From Sphyrna mokarran (lineage: Eukaryota): DNA of 64,000 bases. Position numbers and translations under genes: made by a program. The stretch is taken from assembly GCA_024679065.1 (NCBI GenBank), contig JAGIQG010000012.1, forward strand, positions 53,382,001 through 53,446,000. The letters run 5' to 3'. Numbering within the stretch: position 1 is the stretch's first letter; every line of letters begins with the position of its first letter. The notes under the pieces were generated by a model, which was not told the DNA's origin, did no database searches, and worked only from the letters and a program-made list of their open reading frames with translations. Positions 48,340 through 62,378 of the stretch are shown piece by piece.

Positions 48340-49265
48340 CACCAGGTTTCCACATACTGTAGGCAGCCAGCAACTCCATGTTCATGGCATTGAAGGCAAC
48401 ACATCTCAATGAGGTGAGGTACCAAAGTTGCAGGATTATCACTCACTCAATGTGCAGTTGACATACAACCATACTCGGAAGATTAAGATGGAGAATGCTT
48501 ACTATCCTGACAGCAGACATGAAATTTCCATCTTGCACAAGTCCACAGATCTTTCACCATTGCTTTGAATCACTGGATGGTTGCTTGGCAACAAGAGCTA
48601 CCAGCTGTACATGTGACCGATGACTACTATAATCCCATTACTTTTGGCCAGTGCTCGTTCGTTGAGAGTCATGCTGAAACGAGGAATGTTGTTGAGCAGA
48701 CCATCGGCAAGTTGAAGTAACTGTTCCGCTGCCTGGACCATTTTGTTAATGGGGGAACCCACCAGAGGTGTACTGTAACCAAATGGGATTCCACTTCCTG
48801 AAGTGCCCAGCTGGCGTGCAATTGTATATCCGCCAACATTTGATATCCTGGCAACAGTCATGATGTCTCCATTTTACAGTCCACTGTACAATCTGCACTG
48901 AAGCCATCACAATAAGCCAAATGGTTGTTTCTAGGCAACAAAGGTTATCTGCTGGTCACATGGTTGATAACTTCAATGGGCTGCCCACGTATATGTGAAC
49001 AACAGGCATACAAAGAAAGCCTGATTGCCTGCCACATGAAAATATTATAACGCAGAGCAGGTGTCAAGATTCATGATTATGCAGCATATAGCAGACCATC
49101 TCATTTGCATGAGGACACATCCCTTTGCTAGCAGCTTTTCAATAGTAGTTGAAGAGCAGAGAGAGGAGCAGGAGGAAGAGCAGGTAGAAGAACAAGAAAA
49201 AGTAGAGGGAGAAACATTTTGGCTGGGGGCTGGCCATAAACAACTCATCCGACTGCAATAGCAGT
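48340..49265 (+). pseudogene. PIF/Harbinger (HARBI1-like) transposase relics, two partial copies in tandem
   Basis: YHSLNVQL, YPDSRHE, GWLLGNKSY, ESHAETRNVVEQTIGKLK*LFRCLD; then again GFH.L, YPGNSHDVSIL, LGNKGY. Confidence 0.85.
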
Positions 49266-49357
49266 GAATGCAATATCCAATGCAGCACTGGGAAATCTTG
49301 GTGATCACTTCTTCCTATATAGTGTCATTATTGAATGTTTCCAAATTTAGAATTAGT

Positions 49358-49486
49358 GGCTAGAATCTTATCACCGTTCAGGATTTTCCCAGCCCGCTGC
49401 AGTGAACAGATATTTGGCCAATCACCAAATTCTCAGATGTCACTGCAGCACAAGCATGGTGTGAATGGCAGGTAAGGTTGCACCCA
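49358..49486. mobile_element. ~130 bp MITE
   Basis: GGCTAGAATCTTA ... GTAAGGTTGCACCC; reverse-related to 56250-56381. Confidence 0.55.
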
Positions 49487-51429
49487 GCATCTGATCCAGA
49501 CATAATACTTTCACTTTAAAAGGTGCAGACTGACTTTAACTGGTGCTGGCCTGTCATGATTTTGAGCCCCTGGCTGAGATGTGCAGCCACTCAACACTAT
49601 CTGAGAAACAGCTACATGCTACAATAATGATAATTAGTAGGCAGCACAAAGATGGCATGTTGACTACTCAGAAGCAATGGGCCTGCTTTATTCCCATATT
49701 GCTTTCTCCGTGCTCTTTATCGAGACTATTAAGGTTTGTCCCCATCCTATAATTGATTCTTTCACACTGGAAAAAGCTTCTGACTATACACTTTGTCCAT
49801 GTCCTCATAATCTTGTAAGTTTCTCATTAACATTCACACATACGACTTTTAGAGTACACAAAGTTCCTCATTTTGTTTTTATTTCTCCACTTGTTTTGCA
49901 TCAGAATAATAATCACAGTGCCAAATGGCTTCTTCTGCAATATATAACAAATATTGGAGAATTTGGCCGGGCTTGTAACTGCTGGATGACTCAACTGAAA
50001 TACAAGGTATTGCAGCAAATTGCAATTCTAAGTTACAAGTTGGATTCTACAATGACGACCGTATCTTTTGATGTGACACTTTACAATTACACTGAAGATC
50101 ATACTTCACAATTACCGTGAAGGTTACCTACCTATTTAATGTATTAAAAATATTGCATTCATGGCCCCATCCTATCTGCATTGCTTTCTGCAACACCAAC
50201 CTTTGTCACTATTGAGCACAAGCACTTTTCAACAAAGGTATTTCTCTGATGAGCTTGATTTGTTGTTAATTTTCAAGTTCTTGTCATACTAATGTTCTAA
50301 AATTTTCAGTATAAATTCCTACGTTCAGAATTGTATTGGAGCTGCATTTGTAAACTTATAGATTGTTTAACAATCAGTTGCTTGTGAAGAAACTTTCTAA
50401 ACTGGCCACATCTTGATTTTTGTTTAAGCATGTTTTATTTTTCAATTGCACTTATTTTTGTCACAAATTGCAATTTGCAATCAAATGTTGGTGGGAAAAA
50501 AAATCCTACTGCTCATCCACTTCCTCCAGTCTGTTGACTGAAAATATTACTTTGCCTTCCAGGAACATCCATGATGCAAACAAGAACATGTAATAAATAC
50601 CAAGTGAAGATCAAATCTGGATATTCAGAAAGAATGGTGATGTTTGGCACAGCACACAGATGAAATATTGTTATTCTATTTATGTCTTGTAGAAAGTCCA
50701 CTCCAAAACATTGTACCTGCCTTCTATAATAAATCAAAGGAAGAAACTTGTGTCTGTTCTTTGTAGATCAGAGACTGTTTTCATCATTTACTCTTCATGT
50801 GGGCTTGTACTGCAATCTAGTTACAGTACTAGTTAATATTCTGTTGTATACATTTAATAAAGCACTTTTGGTAAGTAAATCGTTCAGTCAAACACACAAT
50901 TTTAACATTAACTCCAATAATTATTCTCTGTTTTGAGATATACTGCTTCATCACAACGAACATTAATATTCCTGTCAAATAAAGTGGAAGTCAAGGACCA
51001 TTTATTTTGAAAACAGGAGCAAATTGAAAACTAAAATGACGGCTGAATAACCAGATTTATAGAGTGTTTGTAAATTATGATTATGTAATTTCAAGTTAAT
51101 TTGCACCTAACGTCTCTTTGTCTTGTAAAGAATAATCAGTTTGTTGTGTCCATTTGAAGTGGGGGTAGTAAGATTAGTGAGATTTTCAAATCAGTACACA
51201 ATAAGGTACTGACAGAACTAGCAGCATTCAGTTAAATGACTTAAATATAAGCTAACATGAAGCAATTTACACAAATGAGATGCAGTCTAGATATTTCAAG
51301 CAGTATTGTTCACTTTGTTCAAAAAGCATTTTACCATGTGACATCATGGTAAAAATCATTAGGGCATAGCCATATTTCAAGACAATATTTGAGTCTTGGA
51401 AAAATGCAAGTTTTAGCCAAAATTTCAGA

Positions 51430-51740
51430 CAGGAGAACAGTTAGAACACTTAATCACATTTGATGGATAGGGCTTATTTGCTGTCCAGATAGACTGGTGC
51501 CCAGATGCGGGGTCACGAATTTGTGTAGTTAGACAGTGAGCTTTAAGGGAATCAAAGGCGCGTGGGTCAAATGCATTGGGCATGTAAGGTGCATTGTCCC
51601 TTAGTATCTCGGGATGCATAGGTTAGAGGGTTTAGCAGGTTAAAAATGTGGGGTTACGGAGATGGGGTCTCGCTGAGATTATCGTTGGTGTAGACTCAAC
51701 GGGCCAAATAGCTTCTATTTGCACTGTAGGGATTTGATAA
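51430..51740 (+). mobile_element. Non-LTR 3' fragment ending in an HE1-type tail
   Basis: GGTTAGAGGGTTTAGCAGG...GGGCCAAATAGCTTCTATTTGCACTGTAGGGATT. Confidence 0.6.
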
Positions 51741-53079
51741 CCCGTGAGAACGTTAATTTGAACTCTGGGCAGAATGTCGTATGTTTTAGGCAAGAGGGTA
51801 TGGAAGATGGCAAAGACAGGGGTTAGCTTCCAGATTTCATGGACTAATAAAATACTGTTATGCTGAGGAGTGGAAGCAATTGGCCAGCATATTTGACAGG
51901 TATTATTACTGATTTGTGTATTTGTAGATGATAATTAATTTAAAGTTATTGTAAAGCAGGAATGATTGATAGGAAAAATCTATAGTTGATCTGTTTTTTG
52001 ATTGTATTGTTGAATCATCAGAAAGGTTTTGATGCTCTATGTTAGAGCTGCTTAAGCGTCTTGATAATTTCCTGTGGCCACTGGTTTAAATAATGTTATA
52101 TCTTTATAAAGAAAAAAAGACATTGACTTTGTGAGTCTTGCATTGTCTGAGTTTTCCTGACAGTATTGATCATCTTGGTACCCTATCAACACCATTGTAT
52201 TTATTCTCCCACTGAACAATCACATTCTATATCATGCTAATGTAGTTTTTACCATTTAGTGACATCCTTATGGAAACATAACATGCACTTCATATTATGA
52301 TACATTGTTACCTGACTTGCCAGTCTATGTGCTTAATCTTCAAAATATTTCCAGAGATCAAAACAACCATAATATAAAACATCAAGTTCAATTTGATATT
52401 TTAATTCCCTTATATTTCATCAAGCAGGTGTTGTTGGGCATGTGAGACATTGTGCAGTAAGCGATAATTACAGATATAATGATGCACAGTCAAACAACTG
52501 GGACTTTCAGAAGTCAATTCTTTCAAAGATCATGCTTTCTGGAGAACATGGCATTGAACAGTACTATCCTGAGGTTACAACAAACTTTGACAAACGTGGT
52601 CTGGGTTTTGCCTTAAAGACTCTTTTGTTGCCTGTGAAAAGCTCCAACTAATCTCTCACGTACTGTCACATCATTTTCTGTACTTGTATCCAGCTTGCAG
52701 TGTATAAAGTCAGCTGGGTATATAGCCTCTGAAATTAATTTAACAAGAGTTTCTACCATCTAAAGCACAGCAATGCAACATAGCTAATAAAGCATTGAGC
52801 AAAGCTCTGTATTGTGCTTATTTACATTACCACAGAACAATCAAAGGTGATTTAATTTTATATGCTGAAATATGTAACTCAAAATAAAACTACTTTTGTG
52901 AAAAGCTTTATGTATGTAAATAGCATCCCATTCCCATTTTTATTTACATGTCTTTGCTTTGAGGTAAACCTACAACTTTTAACCTAAGTCCTGAAGTTTA
53001 CAAGGACATCCTCAGGGACAGGAATAATGACTACCATTTTCCAGTCAACATTTCCCACTTGTGTTGGTGGTTCTCACAT

Positions 53080-53760
53080 GGGTGGAATTTATTTCCTTCC
53101 CAGAGATGGGTTTGGAGGTGGTGTGGAGAGTGGGGGAGGGGAGGGTGGTGAGTGTTTAATTTGGTGGGAGTCTGCCAGGTAGATCTCCCACACACTTCCT
53201 CTCTCAACCCCAATTAAATTTGGGGCAGGAAGGCTTATAGATGGCCTTCACTTCCTGTCACAAACTGAAATAATTAATGCCCACCTGAAGGCATCAGCCA
53301 CTGCTGCAATATTCAACCAACGGTGAATGGGGCAGTCAGCATGCAGGAAACCCAAGGAGCAAAGTCTATCTTGCAGACTTCCAGGGAGGTCCATTATTCA
53401 ATGCTGGATTGAGGGACTTTGCATCAGGAATGATAGGAGTCCACTGCGAGCCAGTTTCTACCCTTGCTCACACCTGCTACCTCTTTCCCTCTTGGAATCC
53501 TCACCCCATGATTCACAATTTACCCTCACTTTTCAGTGGCCTGATCCCTTGATGATCCAAAGCCTCCTCATGTGCATTGCTGGCAGTTGTCAGTTCCTGC
53601 TGGTTCTGCCTGCAATGGTCAACTACAGGCCACTGATTGACCAGCGGCTGTTGGAGTGAAAGGGGGTGAGATTTCCACTCTTGGGGTTCTTAATCCACTG
53701 TTGGACACACAAGAGCAAATTCAGCACTTAGTTTAACAGGTCCTCCCAAAGGAGGTGATG
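53080..53760. mobile_element. Non-autonomous DNA transposon relic (Harbinger-like)
   Basis: Begins GGGTGGAATTT like the MITE TIRs; GC-rich body similar in character to 13010-13800. Confidence 0.35.
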
Positions 53761-54599
53761 CAGAGCTCTCACTAACTCTTCAGCCAATGAACAAGACCCC
53801 AATGTCATGATCAAACACCTCTCTATGTGTGAAAGCTTTAGTAGCCATGAACACCTCAACAAAATGTAAGCACTGCTAAATTTCCTCCATTTTCTCAGCT
53901 TCAGGCAGAAATCCAATACACTCTATTGTTTTCTTTTCCTATTCATTCACTGGATCTGAACATCACTAGCAATTAGAATACCTACAGTGCAGAAGAAGGC
54001 TATTTGGCCCATAGTGCCTGCACCAAGAACATAAGGTATCATGCAGCTGCAAAATACATGAGTACTGCAAAATTTCAAGAGCAAAGTTCCTCTTTTCACA
54101 TAAACAAAGGGAGGTGTAGTTGTGAGGTCACCAAAAAGCTGGAAGTTTTGTGGCCTCACAACTATACAACAGTTTTTGAAAATAGAGCTTACAGCATGTA
54201 TATATTGGACAGGGAGTTGCTATAGAAATCTGCTGAGTTGCATCACCTTGCCATTCTTTATCAAATCTGGTATCCTATTTCATATTTTCAGCTAGGTCCT
54301 TGGGATGTTGCAGAGTGCAATTATCTTGTCAACTATGTCCTTCTTCTCTTTAGATAATTCTTCTGTGGAAAAAAAATGTCCTTGAAGTCCAATAGGAGCA
54401 AACCACCTTTCCTCAATATGCCTAAAAATATCATTGTGCATCTCAAGGAACTCTTGGTGAGGAATATCATAATTCAAATGATTTTTTTTTACACTTCTGC
54501 AAGCCTCACAATCACATCTCACACCTTATATATGCTGCCAGCTATTTAATCATGACTAATATATCAGGCCAAAATACCACACTCATTCACACACTTCCC

Positions 54600-55620
54600 T
54601 CATCTCATGCAAGACAAGGTAGTTTACTACCAAAGGCAGCCACTGCCAGCCAGTGAGGAATGTGCACAAACTTTATGTTATCATCCCAATGGAGGAGATA
54701 GTGCTTGCCATCGTTGGAGACTGAGGCTGTTGTCGGTGTTTGGGCTAAAATCATAGAAGATTTTATGATTCATATTCATAGTCAGGTTCATATTTAATCC
54801 TCCTCCTACTCACTTGCCTCCATCATATAATCTCTTCTGATTTACAGGTTGCAGATGGTTTGGAACAGAATGTTCGCTTACCCACCACCCCACATCTTCC
54901 CAACAACTACCCATCACACTCAACATCTCCCCCCCACCACCCACCACCCCCATCACCATCACCTCCACCACACCACAACCCAATCCTTGTGCTTTTCTCC
55001 TTCCAAATACCGAAGAACAGCCTCCTGGCTAGGCAATGGTGCAAGAGCAAGAAGTCAGAGAGAAGACAAGACTCAATATTAAGGAACTCTGTCAATTGCT
55101 TTGATGCACACAACCACCAGCCCAGATACTGACATGTGCATACTTAGAGAGTGACTTACAGACAGTATCAGTATGTGATGAGACAGAGGGTAAGTTCTGC
55201 TCAAGAAAACTCAAATGAAGAATTCAGCAGTGTCACATACAGAAAAGGCTGAAAGATATGCAACACTGAAATGCTTGGGACATCAGCAAACCAGAAAACC
55301 TCAATCATTGTTGAGAAACACGGAACCAATCTTGCAGAGTTTTATGCAGAGCTAATAGCTCAAGTTGGAAATAGTGAACCATCTCCTGGACTAAACCATT
55401 GTGAAGTGTCCGATGTCTTAGCTCCCATTGCAACATGAATTGAAGTCACTCAACATTTGAGTGCTGTCGTGGAGCCTCAGACTTCTGTCATGTGAGCACA
55501 TCATACTGCCTTGCATATTCAAACTGCAATTATCACTGCTGTGGAAATTAGTGTTCCCAAGGGCTTTCAGACTCTTCCAGTAGCTCAGCAACATGTGCTG
55601 CAGCAGATTATTGGGGTTCA
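54600..55620 (+). pseudogene. Possible Harbinger ORF2 (Myb/SANT-type) relic
   Basis: IIPMEEIVLAIVG at ~54680 resembles the LTP.EE..L.I.G segment of Harbinger DNA-binding ORFs. Weak. Confidence 0.3.
54880..54982. repeat. CCA/CAC-rich low-complexity tract
   Basis: CCACCACCCACCACCCCCATCACCATCACCTCCACCACACCAC. Confidence 0.75.
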
Positions 55621-56249
55621 GACTGAGGGAACTGGCAATTCTCTGCAGAGAAAGAATTTGTGAGGCTAAGAGAGGTTATTAGATGGAGCAGTAAGGTGGA
55701 AAATTGCACTGTCACAGTCAAATCAGCATTCCACGCTGACTGGTGTCACAAACTGCCAAATGGTGCGTTCTTCTGGCATACATTCCCATCACTTATGACC
55801 CACTTGAAACAACATTTGTCATGGCCAGCACCTGGAAAGGTACCAAAGCTCCTAAAAAGACAGGCACTATGCATCTGAAATTTTTAGCCTTTTGATTAAA
55901 AAGATTCCTAAGCATTTTATTTTCCAAGCAGAATGTTAACATTTGGTATAGTTCAGTTATAAAAAAAATCTTTTCACACTTCAGTGGTGTGGTGCTTTAA
56001 GCAGTTAGAACTCTGTGAGTGAATTTCCAATGGCACGATCACAAAATATTTAATGAAAGACAAATCCAGAAGTTCAGTTGAAATTTGTTATGTGCAATGC
56101 TTAGAATAGATACTTTGTTGAGCATAGTTCTTTGCTTGGGCATAGCAATCTCAAGAGTTTCATTCCTATAGAAAATGAATTAAAATTAGCAATCAGTAAC
56201 AATATATTGGTTATATTTTGTGTGTTTGGTTTAGTTATTTTATTTTTCA

Positions 56250-56381
56250 TTGGGATTCTCCGATCTCGTTCACCATGCCACCACTGTCAGCGAGAATGGA
56301 CAATTTGGCACTCAGCCGAAACTCCATTCACTGCAGCAGGACTGGAGAATCCCACCCATAGGCGAGGTCAGAGATTTCTGG
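56250..56381. mobile_element. ~130 bp MITE
   Basis: GGGATTCTCC start, internal GGAGAATCCC, end GAGATTTCTGGC. Confidence 0.55.
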
Positions 56382-56811
56382 CTTTTATGTTCTTGCCCAT
56401 TCAGTAGCTATCACCAAAACTGGGCATCCTTATTACAGATGGTACCATGAATATAACGATTCAAATTCCTTTCAATTAGCAATTAGAATCTGGAGAATAT
56501 TATTGAGTATGATTTCAAATTGCAAATAGTAGCACATCATGATGAATTGATTGTGTGCTAGCCCTGAGAATGTGATATATAAATGTAAAAATTCCTGTGA
56601 TTAATACATGCTATCAGTTTGACAGACAATGCCCAAGTAGCTGGATGAAAAGCTTCTGACTTGCAGAAATCTGGAAAAGCTGACAAAGAAATAACACTTT
56701 TGATGCTTGATAAACTGTCTCTGGGGAATGTTGAAAAATATGGATGAACTGACCAACCACCAATTTGAAACAATGCATCAACAACTCACTAAATTCAAGT
56801 CAACATCAAAA

Positions 56812-57600
56812 TAGGCCCAGAAATAGTAGATCCATTGCTGGTCATTTTCTAAAATTCTTTGGACTGTGGGATGGTTTCTACAGATTGGATGGTAGTTAAT
56901 GTGAGGCTGTTATGCAAAGTGGGAAGTAGAGAGAAGCAGGAAACTGTTGGGAACTATAGACCAATGAGTCTAATGTCAATAGTAGAGAAGTTGCTAGAGT
57001 TCATTATCAAGGATTTCATAGCACAGCATTTGAAAAGCAATGGTATAATCAAACAAAGTCAGCATAGATTTATGAAAATGAAATCATATTCAACAACTCT
57101 ACCGGAATCCTTTGAGAATGTAACTAGTAGAGTTAAAAGAAATTATTTATTAATCACAGATTCACACTGCAATAAGTTGCTATGAAAATCCCCTAGTCGC
57201 CACATTCCAGTACTGTTCAGGTACACTAAGGGAGAATGGCATTACCAATTCATCTCACCTGCATATCTTTGGACTGTGAGAGAAAACTGGAGTACCCGGA
57301 GGAAACCCATGCAGACACAGGGAGAATGTGTGAACTCCACACAGACAGTGACCCAAGCTGGGTATCAAACTCAGGTCCCTGACACTGTGAGGCAGCAGTG
57401 CTAAGCACTGTGCCACTGTGCCATCCCAATTGACCAGGGACAACCAGTGCATGTGGTTTATTTAGACCTTCAAGGTCTCAGAATGACAAATTATTATGTA
57501 ATGTTAAAGCCCATGGGATTGTGGTTGTGAATTGAGATGGATAGAAAGCAGATAGGGAGAAAAGGGGTAGAATAAATGGGTCTTTTTCTGACCATCAGAC
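56812..57600 (+). mobile_element. CR1 RT N-terminal fragment split by a SINE
   Basis: GNYRPMSLMSIVEKLLE...SQHRFMK; resumes with VVYLD after 57427. Confidence 0.85.
57143..57427 (-). mobile_element. V-SINE, tail type A
   Basis: Reverse head GCAGCAGTGCTAAGCACTGTGCCACTGTGCCATCCC. Confidence 0.85.
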
Positions 57601-57629
57601 CTGGATTCATGGAAACAATTAATGACATC

Positions 57630-58775
57630 TGTAGCTATTGTCAGGAAAACAAAGTTTTGTGTTTGTATTGTCAAGTATTAACAATAAGATATAATTTCAA
57701 GTGGTTTTAATTTAATGTATCTGTGTAAGGGAGGATAGATCTATAGATTCATGCTGGAGAAAGGCGTTTATATGAGTGAGAGTTAGTCGAGTTCAATCTG
57801 AGCTTCTATGGTACTTACAGAGGGTTATGGCATAAAATTAAATAAATTAGCAGAAGCATGTGGTTGTTGCTTAGCAATTGGGACCCTTTTAAGATAGAAA
57901 GACTTTTTGAATTTAGTTTTAGCTGAATTTGTTTGGAGTTAGAAATAGCACATCAAGAAGTGAAAGTTTTCAACCCTGTTAGGAAAAGACAAGCTGGATA
58001 TGTTCTATGTTCTCAAAGAACCAGATGCAGTCCATAGGACAAATATAATGTCTTAAGAAACTGAGGTTAACTGTCCTAAAACAGAGAACTGTTCAGTAAA
58101 GATAGGCCAAGCTGAGAAAAACATTGAGTCAAAGAGAAAGCTTCAGTAAGCAGATTTAAAGTGAGAAAGTAGACTTCAAAGATGAATCAAAAGTTTGCTA
58201 TCATTTTAAGCAGTTGTGAGCAGTTTGTACAACTGTCAAGACAAATATATCTTAAATGGGGAGTTATAAAACCTGGATGCTGGATTATTTCTTAAAAATG
58301 GAGTGAAAACTTCATTTGAAAGAATAATTTGGAAAATTCCTCCCCCTTCCAAAATGATTGTCACTTGAGTTTTCAAACACTAATCCCGAAAAATCACACT
58401 TTAAAATCTTCTTTCATAACAATGTTTCCATCTGCAATTTGCATTTGAATCCAGTCCAGGTTTTCCAAATTATTCTTTCAAATGCAGTCTGTGTGCTTTA
58501 AGGGACGCTGTGTTACTGAGACCATTGTATCTTAAGATATGCTTTGTAACCATGCTAACCTTAAAATCTGTGTATATTCATGAAGGGGAAAGTAAAGGAA
58601 TGTTGTATCATAATACAATTTTTCATATTTAATGAAATAAAATTCAAATCTAATTAGCGATACTGTGACCCTGTGCATTCACATTTGCTGAAAATAAGTG
58701 CAAGCTACGGTCTTTTGAACCTGGTTCCATTCTGTGACCTTCCTGTCTAGCCATAACATCAACTGGGATCATAAT
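57630..58775 (+). mobile_element. Possible solo LTR
   Basis: Starts TGTAG and ends CTGGGATCATAA, similar to the GGGATTGTAACA end at 27316. Otherwise weak. Confidence 0.35.
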
Positions 58776-59247
58776 ACTATTATTTCCTGAGAGTTCAAGT
58801 AACATGGATACATGTTAATGCAAGAATCCAGCCATGTCATATTGCTTTGTTGAGAGGAAATTAAAAACAACATTTACAATAAAATCAGATATCTTTTACT
58901 ACTACGTACATTGAGCCTAACTTTGCTGTCAAAATAACAGCAAGACTAATAGCATTCATAAATATTTATGTGTAATTAAGTGCCATAACAATTTCAGGTC
59001 AGGATAGATTTGTGACTGAAGATGGGAATCCAGACGTTTTTATTGGAGATGTATCACTCTATTGTTAGCTTTGCAAAAATGCTGTCTTGCTGTCTGGCTT
59101 TTCTTTCAAATGCATAGAGTAGCCTGAAGTTCCTGCACATGCATTGTATATCTGAAAAGTTGAGACATGTCAAGACTCAATATTCATTTAACACGGTATT
59201 AAGTGTTAATTGCTGCCGGTTAACTTTTCCGGCTCTGAAAGTTAAAA

Positions 59248-61815
59248 TGGAAGGAAACCATTTGGTCATTGAGTCTGTGCTGGTTCTCCATGGAGCCATC
59301 CAATCAGTGCCATTACCTTACTCTATCTGCACATCCCCACAAGTTTATTCCTTTTAAATGCCCATCTCATGTTTAATCGCTGAAGCTCAGAGGAATGAGG
59401 GGGATCTGATTGTGGTATATAAAATGCTAAAGGGGATTGATAAGATGGATGCTGAAGTGATGAAACTACTTCTCTCAGAGGGTTATGAATCTGTGGAACT
59501 CAATTCTCCAGGGTGCAGAGGAGGCAGAATCAATCAACAGATTCAAGAAAGAAATAGATATGTTTCTGCTGAAAAGTGGAATAAAAAGCAATGGGGAAAA
59601 GGCAGGAAAGTGGAGTTGAGACCAGAATAAAATCAGCCATGACTGTGTTAAATGGCAGAGTGGGCCTGGAGGACTGAATTGCCTACTACTGCTCTTGATT
59701 CCTATGTTCCAATTCCCTTTTGAAATCATTGATCATCTCTGCTTTCTCCATTCTCACTGGCAATGAGTTCCAGGCCATTACCAGTTGCTGCATAAATAAG
59801 TTTTCCCTTGTATTCCCTTGCATCTCTTGTCCAAAAACATATGACTATGTCTTCTAGTCATTGTGTCATCAGCCAATGGCAACACTTTCTCATTGCCTAT
59901 CTTGTCTAAACCCGTCACAATCTTGTACACCTCCATTAAATTTCCTCTCAACTTCCTTTGCCCCAAGGAGAACAACACCAGCTTCTACAATCTAATCTTG
60001 TAGGTAAAATCCCTCATACTTAGAAACTTTATGGGAAAACTGTTGTGTATCCTTTCAAGGATGCTGATGTCCTTTCTGAAGTGTGGTGACCAAACTGGCT
60101 GCAATACACCAGTAAGCTTCTAAGCACAGTTTCATAAAAGTTCTGCCTAACTTCCCTGCTTTTCTACTCAACATGGCTATTTCTGAAGCCCAAAATCCCA
60201 TATGCTTTGCTAACCATTTTCTCAATATGACCTGCCATCTTCAAATATCAACATACATGCATCCACATCCCCCTGTTCCTGCACACTCTTTAGAAGTGTG
60301 CCATTGAGTCTATATTCCTCTCCCTCTCTTCTGCCAAAATGCATCACTTCACTTTTTACTGCATTAAAATCCATCTGCCACTTGCCTGCTGCCATCCTAT
60401 CTATTTCCTGTCACATTTGATTAATATTATCCTCATTATTTGTCTCTCCTCCAAGTTTGCTATTATTGGAAAGTTTCAACTTTAACTTAGTATTCTAATA
60501 TCTAAGTTATTTATATGCAGCAAAAAATGGTAGTGATCCTAACACTGATCTTGGGGAATATTACTGCCAAGCACCCTCCAGTCTGAAAAATATCCATTTA
60601 CTATGTTGCTTTCTGTGCTTTTACTAATCTTTAATTTATATCTAACTAAACTGACAATGACCTTTTTATTTCATGATCATTAGTTTTGTTAAAGCAGCCT
60701 TTGTCAAGCACCTTCTTAGAATCCAAAACTGACAACATCAGTTGCATTCCCTTAATTAAATTTCTCTGGTAGTTCGTCAAAAGAAACAAATCAGTCAAGT
60801 ATGAAATGTCTTTTACAAATCTGCGTTGGCTATTTTTAATTAGCTCAAACCTCTCCAAGCAGTTGATTTTTTTTTCGCTTGATTGTTGTTTCTAATACTT
60901 TGCAGAAAACTAATATTGAGCTATCTTGCATGTCGTTATTAGAACTATTAGAACTATAGAATCCTTACAGTGCAGAATGAGGCAATTTGACCCATCAAGT
61001 GCATTGACACCCTCTGAAAGAACATCTTACCCAGGTCACCACAGCCCTATCCCCATAACCCTTGCAAATACCATGGCTAATCCCTCTAAGTTTCACACCT
61101 TTGGATATTAAGAGTCAATTTAGTGTGGGCAATTCACCTAAACTGCACATCTTTGAACTGTGGGCGGAAGCTGGAGCACCCAAAGGAAACCCAAGCAGAT
61201 ATGGTGAGAATGTGCAAAATCCAAACATTTTCTTATATCCTTTCTTGAATAAGGATGTCACATTTACCGCTGTCCAATTGTGGGGCATATCCTCATTTCC
61301 AGGGGAGATAGGAAGATTGTGGCAAACCCTACTGCTAGCTTCACCTCCTTTAGCAATCTGGCATCCAGAGTAGATGAATTATGCATTCTAATCATAGACA
61401 GGTCTTCTTGTACCCCATTCTCTCTATTTTCATCCCATACATTACCGCTACTATCTCATTCTATTGATATTTTCAGATTTCTCTTCCTTAGTAAATTCCA
61501 ATGCAGAGAACTTATTATGTATTCTAGCCATGTTCTGTGTCACTAAGCATATTTTTTTCCCAACAGACCCACTGTAACTTTTACTGCCCTCTTACTATTT
61601 ATATACCAGAAGAAGATTTTTGCATTCTCTTTTAGATTAACTGCCATCATATTCTCTCTTATTTTCTTCCTTATTTTTCTTCTCAGCCTATTTTATTTGA
61701 CTAGGTTCTCACTTATGAACTTATCTGACATGCATCACACACCCTCTTACTTTGTTTCTTTATAGTCTCTGCCTCCTTTGACATCCAAGGAGTCCAAGGT
61801 TTGGCTTGCCCATTT
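59248..61815 (-). mobile_element. Decayed CR1 LINE with a nested + strand CR1 tail (about 59370-59710) and a nested SINE
   Basis: LFSLGQRKLRGNLMEVYKIVTGLD and LIKNSQRRFVK in minus ORFs. Confidence 0.85.
60940..61220 (-). mobile_element. HE1-like V-SINE (tail B), 5' truncated
   Basis: ATAGAATCCTTACAGTGCAGAATGAGGC tail and V domain. Confidence 0.8.
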
Positions 61816-62104
61816 CTCAAGTTTTAGGTGTTGGGGAATTCTGCAAAATATTTTACAAACAAACTTTTACTTTATGGGTACAATTTTACTGGCACACACG
61901 CCCAAGGTTCATACAATCCTATCTGAGGCCAATGGAAAATGCTATTCTCCAAGCCTCACCTGTCCCCGGAATTGAAAATTCTGGTACATCTCTCTTTGGC
62001 AATTGTTTGAAGTTGAACCAGTATGGTGAAAAAACTTGGTGCTATCTTTGACCCTAAGACAAAACTTTGACCTTACATCTACACTAACGCAAAGGTAACC
62101 TCGT

Positions 62105-62378
62105 AGATCATAAATCATAGATCATAGAACCCTACAGTGCAGAAGGAGGTCCTTTGGCCCATCAAGTCTGCACCGAACACAATCCCACCCAAGCCCTACC
62201 CCTTTATCCCTACATATTATACCCACTAATCCCTCTAACCTATACATCCCTGGATACTAAGGGACAATTTCTTAACATGGTCAATCAACCTAACCTGCAT
62301 ATCTTTGGATTGTAGGAGGAAACCAGAGTACCTGGAGGAAACCCACTCAGACACGAGGAGAATGTGCAAACTCCACAC
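62105..62378 (-). mobile_element. HE1-like V-SINE (tail B), 5' truncated
   Basis: ATCATAGAACCCTACAGTGCAGAAGGAGG tail and V domain. Confidence 0.85.

Noticed and set aside
48340-49265. Functional HARBI1 host gene
   Set aside because: Stops, frameshifts and a duplicated core indicate decayed transposons.
49677-50120. 147 aa ORF
   Set aside because: No recognisable motif or exon context; consistent with a chance ORF in AT-rich DNA.
54849-55132. His/Pro-rich ORFs
   Set aside because: Translation of a CCA-rich low-complexity tract.
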